A DNA stretch of 64,000 nucleotides from a virus (taxonomy: Duplodnaviria; Caudoviricetes). Below the pieces are notes generated by a model, which did not search any database, was not told the DNA's origin, and was given only the letters and a program-made list of their open reading frames with translations. The stretch is taken from IMG/VR virus record IMGVR_UViG_3300029967_000162, positions 32,001-96,000 of that record; one strand, 5' to 3'. Below are positions 45,477 to 55,590 of the stretch, piece after piece (positions within the stretch are counted from its first letter, which is position 1; every line of letters begins with the position of its first letter). Made by a program: the position numbers and the translations under genes.

Positions 45477-47522
45477 ATGCCATTCAATGAGAATGAGAAG
45501 AGATACAACAAGCTAGACAAGCTTGCGGAAGGTGAGAAGCTGCAGACTGTGTACTCAACTGAGAAAGTTGAGAAGATACTCAAAGACATGGGCAAAGGCT
45601 TGCAAGTTGACATGTCGCCTTTCTTCCATGGAGACACTAGATATAAAGATGCCGGATTGCTCTACAACTACACAGAGCATGAGATTGAAGAGCTGCAGAA
45701 GTGTGCTGATGACTGCTTGTACTATGTGAAGAACTATTGCAAGTTCTTGAATGACAAAGGCCGCACACTAGTCCAGCTGCGCGACTACCAAGAGCAATAC
45801 ATACAGATGCTTGGAGAGCAAGAGTATGATGAAGACATTGGAGAGTCGATACCTAAGAACAGGAGAATCATAACAATGATGGCTAGGCAATCATCCAAGA
45901 CCACATCCACAGCAGCTTACATGTCATGGTACATGACATTCCATACAGACAAGAACTTGGCCATTGTGGCGAACAAAGGCAAGACTTCACAGGAGATTGT
46001 CTCTAAAGTCAAGGAAGTATTTGAAGGTCTTCCATTCTTCATGAAGCCTGGCATCATCCGTGCACAGATGCAGTCTATCACACTTGAGAACGGATGCTAC
46101 TTGATGTGTGCGACTACTAACCCAACTTCCATCACTGGCCAGTCTAACAATGTGCTCTACATAGACGAGGCAGCCCACATACCCCAGAACATCATGGATG
46201 CATTCTGGAAGTCAGTGTATCCCACTCTGTCTTCATTCAAGAACCAGCAGCTCATCATATCTTCTACACCTAAAGGCAAGCAGAACTTGTTCTATCGCAT
46301 ATGAGATGGCTCTATGAAAGGAGAGAACAACTTCAAGAACTTCAGAGTGGACTGGTGGCAGGTGCCTGGACATGATGATGCTTGGGCAGCAGAGCAGATC
46401 AAAGACTTTGGTGCTGACAACTTTGCACAAGAGTTTGGGCTCAGGTTTGAGTCAGACTCATCAAAGCTCATACGAGGCGAAGACTTCAAGCTCATGGACA
46501 GGTGGAAGTCCAAGTACAAGGTTAGGTCATTCGATGGCGTTGACAAAAGGATCTCTGACAAGATCTTCTGAGACCCAAGATTCACAATAGACACAAACAA
46601 CTTGCAAGAGCTCCAGAGAAGGCACTTCTTGATAAGCATAGACACAGCAGAAGGCAAGCAAGCTGGTGTGAAAGGCAAGCAGGACTCTGACTACAACATT
46701 GGCAACATATTTGAGGTAGAGCTCATGTCGCCAGCTAGGGTGCGGAGGAACAAGAGAAGCACGATGAAGAAGCAAGTGGCATATGCGGACTGCATCAGGT
46801 ACAGGCAGGTTGGCATATACATTGACAACGACAGAGATGAGGAAGAGCTTGCTGAAGCGATGAAGGTTGTGACCTTCAATGTGCTGAAGTGTGGTGTTGG
46901 TGATGTGGATAATGTGAGGCTCCTCATAGAGATGAACTTCAATGGCAAGAACTTCGTGAACAAGTTCAAGGCACATGACAACTTCTATGACAGTGTAATA
47001 ATCAAGACATACCACAACAAGCCGGTGCCAGGGCAGCAGCACACAAGGCAGTTTGGCTATAAGACAGTAGGTGGCGAGAGAGGCAAGGGATACTGATGTG
47101 AGCTAGGTGCAAAGATGGTCGCAGATGGGCGAATCATCATAAGCCACTATGATGATGACTGGAACAAGTCATCTATTGGAGAGCTTGAGAACTTTGGCAA
47201 GAACAACAGAGGAGTGTATGAAGGCTGCTGCGTGCATGATGACATAGCGATGACTGTGCTCTCTGTGAGCCACACACTAGATGACTCTCTTGAAGACTAT
47301 ACAGCTTGGCTTGAAGAGTATGTAGACAGGCTGCCGAAGGATGACAAGCATGCTGAAGATGTGAAGAAGCTGATGAAGATATACTCAGAGAGTGAGAGTG
47401 ACTGGTCTGACAGCGACTTCAATGCAATGTATGGAATTGACAATGGAGCACACAACAACATGCCATACCAGAGCATGGTGCAGAATGTGCAGTGGGCTAT
47501 TGCACAGAAGTGAAGGCACTAA
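45477..47522 (+). CDS. terL: Terminase large subunit (T4 gp17-like), 681 aa
   Basis: LRDYQ, ARQSSKTT, YIDEAAHI, ISSTPKG, FAQEF, IDTAEG, DY, HDD motifs; fragments joined by TGAs at 46302, 46569, 47094 and 47511. Confidence 0.94.
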
Positions 47523-48346
47523 TGCTTGTTGTCATCTAGCAGGTAGTTCAAGAACTTAGCAGATGCATTGATGTCAAACTTCAAGAACTCTGGCCTAATG
47601 TTCTCTTTTGTATAATAAGACCTTCCCATCATTGGATCTTTATAGAACCTCATGTCTTTAGGAAGGTTCTTTGTCTCTATCATGAAGATTGCTGGATATA
47701 TTGTTGTTCTGTTCAAGATTTTCTTGAATCTATCAAGCTTAGAATACCAAACATCTGCAAGCAACTCAAATGTTGCATTTAAGTCTGATGAAGGCTCTAT
47801 GAAATAGATTCTATCAGAATAGCCAAAGTCTTTGTTCTTTCCAGAAGGCATAAGCCCAATAGTTTCAATCTTCTTTTGTCAAACACTTGCTGTCATATGA
47901 AACAATGTTGAACACTTCTTAGAAAACTTTGAGACCGGCTGTACCCAATCTGCTTCATATTGATAGTGATGGATTGTTGCACCTTTATATGTTCTTACGC
48001 TATATGTAGCAGGGCTATATCCACATGCTTTGAAAATCTTGTCAGCTTTGCTTACTATGTCTTCATGAACTTTGTCATCAACATCAACAGGTATAGTAAG
48101 ATGAAGGATAGTAGGCACATTGTTTATGTCTTTTGTATATGACATGATTTCATCTAAGTCTAAGTCATCATAGTCAAGCATAGACTTCAAATACCTAATT
48201 GCAGCCTTAGGCGAGTAAGTTCGTATCAATCCTTCTTCTATCATGACTTCAGCCGCTATTTGAGAGATTCCACGCATCTTTATTTCTTGCTTGCCATTCA
48301 ATCTTTCTGATATGTCTCTTGCCCAAGCTTGGTTGATTCTCTTCAT
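47519..48346 (-). CDS. ADP-ribosyltransferase/KptA(Tpt1)-like fold protein
   Basis: Joined via TGA47879: LFHMT...KI..IGLMP...RIYF...FYKDP...YTKENIRP. Confidence 0.55.
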
Positions 48347-48389
48347 GGCATTCAAAATAATTAAAATTATTAAAAATAATTAAATTATT

Positions 48390-49601
48390 TTAATTTGTGA
48401 GGGCAATCCTCACTGGCCTAGCCACAAGGCCTCTACTCCCTAGCAATGCATCAGGAGATGCTTTTCAAAACTTTCTTGCAATGTTGAGCGAACCATTCAC
48501 ATCAGCATTCAAGAGTCCAGTTGGGTCTTTGAACAATCCACGCTTGATCCTCTTCCCAGTTGGCTTGAAGAGTTCATCATCAACTTTCCAAGTTGGCAGA
48601 TAGTCATTGTTGAAGAAACTGCACTTTGATGTATAGCTTTCTTCTTGCAACACCACATTAATTCCTAACAACTTAGCCTTATATTCAATCATCTTCACAA
48701 ACTGTCAGAATGGTATCTGCACAAAATTCTGGTTTGACTTCTTTGACATGCTTGTGTCTTGTTTCCATCCTTTGTTGTAACCAACAATGATTGTTGTCAA
48801 GGAATGTTCAACGGCTTGATTCACAATCACTCTAGAAGCCTTGTGGAGATAGTCTTTGACTTTGTTGTTTCTTTTCAGGCTCAATGCTTTGACTTTGTTG
48901 CTTGATTTTTGCTTGTTTTGCTCTAACTTTGACTTATAATGTGCTAACTGTTTGTTATAGAATTGGTTGATTGACTTCAAAGGTTTCCCATCAATAATGA
49001 ATGCATTCACTCTATTAGAAGTACATGTTGCTAAGTTGTTTACCCCTAAGTCTATAGAAAGCCAATTCCCGTTCTGTTCTTTGAGTTCTTGTTCTTCTAC
49101 TTCATAGACAACTTCTATGATAAGATAATCACCTTTTGGTATTACTCTAACTTGCTTTAAATCATTAGTATGCTTTGAATTAAATTCTAAATTTGTCTTT
49201 GGTAATCTGATAATACCAATTTTCAAAAAGTTCTTGCTTAAAGTCATTGAATTATAAGTCAAGACAAATCTTCCTTTCTCTTTATCTAAATAACTAGGTA
49301 TCCTAACTTTTTTTCCTGATTTCTTCTTGAGCGACTGAAAAAATGACTTATAATTGTAATAGACTAACTTAAGTACTTCTTGTGATGTATTTGAAGGCAA
49401 TGCAAAGTAGTTCTCATCATGTCTGTCATGCAAGAGTCTGTTGAGGCCATAGTAGTCAAGAAAAGTCTTGTCTTTGAAGAACTGCTGCCTGACTTCATAG
49501 AGAGCAGCATTATAGAGGTTCTTAGACAAGAAGCACAAATGATCAAGCTCTTTGTAGAGCTTGTCTGCCTTCTTGACTATATGTTGCTCAACTAATTTCA
49601 T
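48390..49601 (-). CDS. tnpB: RNA-guided endonuclease TnpB, 403 aa
   Basis: SKNLYN, IDLGVNN, LHKAS, EESYTSKCS, RIKRGLF, NADVNGSLNI; two internal TGAs (48705, 48465). Confidence 0.9.
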
Positions 49602-49623
49602 TATTTAATAATCTCAATCATAT

Positions 49624-50226
49624 TTATTTATCTTCAAGCTTCAAATCTTTTTCAATGAGCTGCAACTTCTCTTTTCTTCTTGATGAGTACATCTTCATAG
49701 AGAAACAATGAATCAAAGAGATGATTTCTTCAAAGATTTCTTTCTCAATCTCTCTAGGATTGTCTATCTCATTGAGCACTACTATGTCTACTCCATACTT
49801 TTCAAACAAAGACTTGAAAGTCTGAAATGAGATTCTTGAAAGTCTGTCTTTGTAAGTTATGAAGATCTTGTTGATCTTGTATGATGTGACATCATCTAGA
49901 AGCTCTTGGAACCCGTCTCTATCAAGTGACATCCCTGAAGCAATGTCTTTGTAAATCTTTGAGACCTTTACACCATTCTTGAAGCAGAACTGCTCTAATG
50001 TAGAGATTTGATTCTCAAGGTCTTTCTTCTGGCAGGTTGAAGAAACTCTAGCATAGATTACATTGATTTGCTCTACATTCTTGTTAAGTAGTTTATAGAC
50101 ATCATTCTTGTTGTAGTCATATTGGCCGTTTGGTAAGGTCTTTGTTGATATTCAGCCTCTAGAGACATAATGACAAAGAGTAGGTCTTGTAATTTTTAAC
50201 AAAGACAATACTTCTTTAGCTTTCAT
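49624..50226 (-). CDS. tnpA: IS607 serine transposase
   Basis: MKAKEV HTH, IYARVSS, DIASG, YKDRLSR; one TGA in the HTH region. Confidence 0.9.
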
Positions 50227-50348
50227 ATAATAAATAGTTAAGATTTTGTTATTTATTATAATAGAAGAAAATAATTTTAACAAAATCTATGTATAAAAAA
50301 GAAGTGGAGATAGACAATCTTTAAAATTTAAGATATAATTTAAAAATT

Positions 50349-50432
50349 GCCAATATGGGACAGTGGTCAACTCCACCTGCCTTGTAAGCAGGCTCTGTAT
50401 AAGATGCGCAAGTTCGAATCTTGCTATTGGCT
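50349..50432 (+). tRNA. tRNA-Thr(UGU) with long variable region
   Basis: Acceptor GCCAATA/TATTGGC; anticodon arm CCTGC-CTTGTAA-GCAGG; T arm GCAAG-TTCGAAT-CTTGC; 15-nt variable region. Confidence 0.8.
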
Positions 50433-50452
50433 CAAGATAAATTATCTTGACA

Positions 50453-50525
50453 TGTGGGATAGAGCAGTTGGCAGCTCATCAGGCTCATAACCTGAAGGTC
50501 GCAGGTTCAAGTCCTGCTCCCGCAA
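50453..50525 (+). tRNA. tRNA-Met(CAU), initiator-like
   Basis: TCAGG-CTCATAA-CCTGA anticodon arm; GCAGG-TTCAAGT-CCTGC T arm; resembles bacterial tRNA-fMet. Confidence 0.92.
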
Positions 50526-50529
50526 CCGA

Positions 50530-50832
50530 AGTGCATGATGGGCACCGGCGCCCTACAGATGCACAACTCTCAAGGCATAGCCGGCGATGGGGCTACATGC
50601 ATCCATTGCAACCTGTGGAGAGTGGCGCAAGATACAAGGGAAACTTGCAACAGAAGAGTGCCAGAATTGGCATTAGCAGATGCCTAGGATCATGTGGTGA
50701 CACATGATGAAAAGCTTCAAATCTCTTCTAAATGGTGTACCTGTGATGGAGTTCACCTCATCAGAGATGATCACATGCACAGCTTGCTAAATACATGATA
50801 GGTTCGCTGCCTTTGTACACCACTGTTTGCAT
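50530..50832 (+). ncRNA. Candidate structured non-coding RNA of unknown family
   Basis: Non-coding, GC-richer than flanks, many nested stems, located between tRNAs and a terminator. Confidence 0.55.
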
Positions 50833-50835
50833 CAA

Positions 50836-50870
50836 GAAGACAACTGGCCCTAACAAGTTGGTTGTCTTTT
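50836..50870 (+). terminator. Intrinsic terminator
   Basis: AAGACAACT...GGTTGTCTTTT hairpin followed by a U tract. Confidence 0.65.
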
Positions 50871-50924
50871 GGGGCACCATGCAACATAAATAAAAAGACG
50901 AATAGAAGACTTGGAGATGGAGAC

Positions 50925-51896
50925 ATGAGGAGAACTATTTGGCATATCTTTATAGTTGCTGCACTTGCACTTCTAGCAAGCTGCCAACGTAGGCCTATTG
51001 AGCAGACAATGTCACTAGTGCATATCACAGTTGTAGAGCAAGACTCTATCATGAATGTGACATATGGCTTGCCAACTAAAGCTGTAGATCCACCTGAGAT
51101 CACAGCAGATGGCTTCCTCCTCTACTGCTACAAGGATGATGAGAATGGCAGGCAGACCGGGCCTTATGTGATGGCAGTGCGAGGCACGGACATGAGCTAT
51201 GATGGATGGCTCAGCCTTGAGAGTGGTGAGTGGACTGTCATGGCAGCCACATTTGACGGCACTGACATACAGACATCAATCACAGACATATTTGAAGATG
51301 GCTATGCATGAGTGTCACACCAGGTGAACGGCACTCTGCAACAGCCAGACCACTTCTTTGTTGGATCAGAGAGGCAGATAGAAATTGTGCCACAAGTTGC
51401 AGCTGACTTTGACACTGTGCAAGTGGCAATCAATGCTGAGACCATCACGAAGACTTGGTATGTGCAAGTTGGCGTGGCAGAAGAGAGTGATGAGATGCCA
51501 AGTGCACTCTCTGCTTGTGTGACAGGCCTTGCAGACAATGTGAAGCTCATCACAAAGAGCATAGATGGGCAAGATCAGTCACAGCTGAAGCTTGAGCTTG
51601 TGGATGATCCATTCAGCTCAGGCAAGAAAGTGTATGCTGGGGTGTTCTCAACATTCGGGTTCAACAGCAAAGCACCAGAGATTGTGCTATCGCCTCAAAC
51701 AAAGTCAATCACAAAGACATTGAGCTTGAGCGATGCTCTTGTGACTGAAGATGCGACTGAGAGGCAATGGATCATCTTGGATGATGCAGTGGGGCCAGAC
51801 GACTTCAAGAGAGACACCACCCAGGCTAGCTCAGGCAGCATGTGGCAGCCATATGTCGAAGACTGGGAACATGAGACAATAAAATTTTACATATAA
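50925..51896 (+). CDS. DUF5119/FimB-Mfa2-like lipoprotein (type V pilus anchor-like), 323 aa
   Basis: Lipobox LLASC followed by QRRP; C-terminal PYVEDWE..I; two ORFs joined by TGA51309. Confidence 0.7.
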
Positions 51897-51901
51897 TAAA
51901 C

Positions 51902-52912
51902 ATGAAAATGAAGTTCATTCTAGGTGCTGCTGTTGCAGCATTCATGGTGGCAGTTGGATGCACTAAAGAGAATGTCCAGCTTGCTCCTGCACAGGAGATA
52001 ACAATGTCTCCTTACTACACTACAAGTGTTGCTACAAAGGCAGATGATAACGAGCATTCGTTTGCAACTACTGAGACCTTTGTCACTAAAGTGTACTATG
52101 ATGACAGCAAAGATGAAAATGGTGTCTATGTGCCAGAGTCTGTAGTGAAGTACACAGATCAATGGAGAGCTTATAATAATGAAGATGTTATGATGCACTA
52201 CTATTGGCCAGTTGATGGAAAGAAGCTGACTTTCTACTCTTACTACCCAGCAAGCTTGAAGTCTCAAGAGAATGCTCCTAAAGCTTGGATTACTAGCGTT
52301 GGTGTCAATGCAGAGTTCACTTCTCGTCCAGAAGTAGACTTCATGGTTGCTGACACGCAATGTGGCCAGACTGCTAATAGTTCTAATGACAACTACACAG
52401 GTGTTCCAACGATCTTCCGGCATGCTCTTGCTAAGATTGAGACTGTGCATTTGAAGTTGCAGGGTGCGCCATATAATAGTTTGTCATACAAAGTCATGTA
52501 TGTGAAGTTGACAGGCTTGAAGAATGGCACTTATACACAATCTGGTGAATCACATTGGAAATTGTCTGAAAATGATGAATATTCTGAAAATGATGGATAT
52601 AGTGAATTTCTTTATAATAATAAAGATGGCTTAGAGATCAACAAAAAGGATGGCGGTAGCTTCAATGTTAATAAGTTCTTCATACCTGGAAACAACTTCA
52701 ACATCACAGTTGGCTTCGAAGTTACTGGCTCTAACAACATAGTGCAAAAATTTGAGAAGACAGCAAGTGTTGAAAACCTTAGTATGCAAGAGAACTACAA
52801 CTACACCTTGAACATCACTAGAGGAAGTGATAACGACAAGCCGGTGAATGAGATCCTCTGGGCACCTTCTGTGAAAGATTGGATTGATGATACAATCAGT
52901 GTCACACTTTAG
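51902..52912 (+). CDS. Fimbrillin-like (type V pilin) lipoprotein
   Basis: Lipobox AVGC, TKA processing motif, YYWP..LTFYSYYP, FRHALAKI, C-terminal strand SVKDW. Confidence 0.82.
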   Translation: MKMKFILGAAVAAFMVAVGCTKENVQLAPAQEITMSPYYTTSVATKADDNEHSFATTETFVTKVYYDDSKDENGVYVPESVVKYTDQWRAYNNEDVMMHYYWPVDGKKLTFYSYYPASLKSQENAPKAWITSVGVNAEFTSRPEVDFMVADTQCGQTANSSNDNYTGVPTIFRHALAKIETVHLKLQGAPYNSLSYKVMYVKLTGLKNGTYTQSGESHWKLSENDEYSENDGYSEFLYNNKDGLEINKKDGGSFNVNKFFIPGNNFNITVGFEVTGSNNIVQKFEKTASVENLSMQENYNYTLNITRGSDNDKPVNEILWAPSVKDWIDDTISVTL

Positions 52913-52916
52913 ATTC

Positions 52917-54416
52917 ATGTCTCTCAAGTGGGTCGCCGCACTAGCAGTGACCCTTGTTGTCTTTGGGTGCTCTAAAGATGATGGCACTGCATATGATGCT
53001 CCCACACAACCATCTACATTGCCATTGCTCAGCTCATGGCAGGCCTCAACAAAAGCTGACAACGCACAAGATGAGCAAGCTTCTGCAGACACAGTTGCCC
53101 TTGATCACTCAAAGGCCTTCTACATGACCGCTCTGACAACTGATGATAGGAAACTCTGGTCATCATCAGATGCACAAGTCAGCTACGCAGAAGGCATTGG
53201 GTGGCATTCAGGATGATATTGGCCAGCAGAGCTAGACAGAGAGCTTGAGATTTGGACATATCCAACAAAGATGTGGACAGCTATAGACACAACTGCAAAG
53301 ACAGTCTCTGTCGCTCTAGATGGCAAAGATGACTTGATCTTCACAGCCACCCCATCTTATAGCAAAGGTCCAAACCCAGTGAATGTGAAGTTCATCCACT
53401 CTCTTGCAGGTGTGACTGTAAGCAGCAACATCAAGAACCCAAACACAAAGCAGAAGATGGCATGGGCAGAGCAGATCACTGCAAGCTACATGAACACTTC
53501 TGGCATCTGGGACTTCACCAACCAAAGATGGACTTCTCTGGATGGAAAGCAAGCAGAGGATGCAAAAGTAGGCTCTGTCTTCTATGTCACTCCTGGGCAG
53601 ACTATTAGCTTGCACCTTGAGAAGCTGCATGTCATCAACAACAATGATGAAGATGCTGCACAGATCCTTGACTATGACCTCAAGACACCTGTAGAAGTCA
53701 AAGAAGGTATGATGCATGAAGTTGTCATCAACATGAGTGAAGCTGAAGAGTGGGTTGACTTAGGCCTGCCTTCTGGCACGCTCTGGGGTACAAAGAACAT
53801 CGGTGCATGCAAGCCAGAGATGTATGGCAACTTCTACAGGTGGGCAAACTTGAAACAGCGAATGAAAGGAGACTCAAACACTTCAGACCCAGAAGCAAGC
53901 CAACGGCAGAGCAATGGAGAGATGCAAGACACCTATGACATTGCATACCAGATTCTAAAAGGTGAAGGAGAGACCCCAACTTACACTCAAGTTGAAGAGC
54001 TCAAGAAGTGGTGCAAGTGGGAGTGGATGGAAGAAGGCAACACTGAGTTCAGCGGAGTGCCAGGATTCAAGATCTATGCTTCTGGCTACTATAACACAGA
54101 CAGCAAGAGCACTTTCATCTTCATTCCTGCAAATGGCTACTATGATGACAATGGCTGGATGATAGACTACAACACTTATCAATACAAAGGCAGCACTTCA
54201 GAGCAAGGAGTGAAGTCTACAAGGAAGGGATCATACTGGACTTCTACCTACAACAATGGCACTCCACACACTCTCAACTTTGGTGCAGGATGGGAGACAA
54301 TGCCAGACAATGAATACCAGACTGGGCAGACCCCACATGCTCTTGGCATCAGGCCGGTGAAAGTACAGAAGATCTCTGGCCGTAACCCTAACCCAACCAG
54401 GAGCAACCAATGGTAG
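52917..54416 (+). CDS. Fimbrillin-like lipoprotein with C-terminal adhesin domain (tip pilin-like), 499 aa
   Basis: Lipobox VFGC, TKA, *YWP, FIHSLA; C-terminal WVDLGLPSGTLWGTKNIGA...YWTS...IRPV domain; joined via TGA53214. Confidence 0.78.
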
Positions 54417-54599
54417 CTCTCTAACTGCTTAGTATCCACCAGGACATCTTTTCCTGGCATAAACATGTCCCAACAAGAAAAGGTTTCTCATGGAAAATTG
54501 TCCTAAGAAACCTTTTTAATTGTCTCATATTCATTTGCTTAAACCGATTAAAATCAGAGTTGCCTCTATATAAATCATGTAAACAAACACAGAGACAAC

Positions 54600-54995
54600 A
54601 TGAGACACACATTCACTTCTATCATCGCTGCGATCGCAATTGCATTCTCTACCATCAGCTGCTCTGCTGAGAGATATGACATCGAACCAATGCCTGCAGA
54701 AGAAAGCCCTGCTTATGTGATGTACAAAGCAGTGTCTGCAGACTCTACCGACATCATGGAGATCTCAACTCTCACTTCTGTAGGTGTAGCAGACTTCAAG
54801 AGCACTGCCGAGTTTGAAGCAATCATAGGACCAGTGGATGCAAACACATTTGAGCCTTCAATCGAAGCAGTCTCTCAGAAAGATGCGGAGATCAAGATCT
54901 CTATCTACATCAGTGAGGACCTTGAGAGCTGGAAGCATGTCGGTGGCACGACAGGAGAAGCATATGCTGAAGTAGTGACAAAGATCTCTGAATAG
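54600..54995 (+). CDS. Small lipoprotein
   Basis: Signal peptide ending TISC. Confidence 0.65.
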   Translation: MRHTFTSIIAAIAIAFSTISCSAERYDIEPMPAEESPAYVMYKAVSADSTDIMEISTLTSVGVADFKSTAEFEAIIGPVDANTFEPSIEAVSQKDAEIKISIYISEDLESWKHVGGTTGEAYAEVVTKISE

Positions 54996-55183
54996 AAGGA
55001 AGACAATCTCATGTTGCCTAGATATGATTGATGTTAGGCATTGAGGTGTCGTATAAAGCTCAATACACAAGATTTTGGTTCTTGCAATCAGGGTTGGATT
55101 CCCTGCACCTCAACCAAGCATTGATCAAAGTTTTTTCCTATGCACTTGCTACATTAGCAGGTGCATTTTTAGCAAAGAAAGCC

Positions 55184-55414
55184 ATGTGCTTCAAGAAGAA
55201 AGACAAGACATATGTTGAAGTTGTAGGAGAGCATTGGCTAGATGAGACAAAGATGCTCTCATACAAAGAGTTCATTGCATGCAAGCACCCTTCTGAGATA
55301 AAGCTTTGCAAGCTCTATGAAAGTTTTGACGAGCTTGAGAAGACAAAGCAAGACCACAAGCATAGAATCTTTGATTTGATTCAGAAGTTCATTGATAAAG
55401 ATTACGGGATGTAG
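55184..55414 (+). CDS. Small hypothetical protein
   Basis: ORF whose stop codon overlaps the 5' end of tRNA-Pro. Confidence 0.45.
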   Translation: MCFKKKDKTYVEVVGEHWLDETKMLSYKEFIACKHPSEIKLCKLYESFDELEKTKQDHKHRIFDLIQKFIDKDYGM

Positions 55415-55555
55415 TTCAGTTGGCCAGAACGCTGGTTTTGGGATACAGAATGATTTACTGTGACAAATCAACATTGTAGTCAAGACGTGAGGTTGAAGAT
55501 CGAATCTTCCTACAATGTCAACCAGAGGTCGCGCGTTCGAGTCGCGCCATCCCGA
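55405..55555 (+). tRNA. tRNA-Pro(UGG) interrupted by a 77-nt insertion after position 37
   Basis: CGGGATG/CATCCCG acceptor; CTGGT-TTTGGG[77 nt]A-ACCAG anticodon arm; GCGCG-TTCGAGT-CGCGC T arm. Confidence 0.88.
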
Positions 55556-55590
55556 CAATTTAAGTTCAACATTTTAGACTTTCATATATC

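Larger units (their letters stand above)
48356..50300 (-). mobile_element. Second IS607-family element; ends approximate
   Basis: tnpA-tnpB pair on the minus strand with AT-rich ends. Confidence 0.85.

Noticed and set aside
45477-47522. Fragmented terminase, sheath and gp4 as pseudogenes or intron-split genes
   Set aside because: Fragments are in frame, separated only by single TGA codons, with no intervening sequence.
50715-50721. UGA-suppressor tRNA (CTTCAAA looks like a UCA anticodon loop)
   Set aside because: The flanks (AAAAG/TCTCT) do not form an anticodon stem and there are no correctly spaced D and T arms.
50530-50832. RNase P RNA or tmRNA
   Set aside because: Lacks the RNase P P4 consensus (GAGGAAAGUCC) and tmRNA termini or tag reading frame.
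53750-54416. Diversity-generating retroelement targeting the tip adhesin domain
   Set aside because: No reverse transcriptase and no template-repeat copy of the 3' region found in this window.
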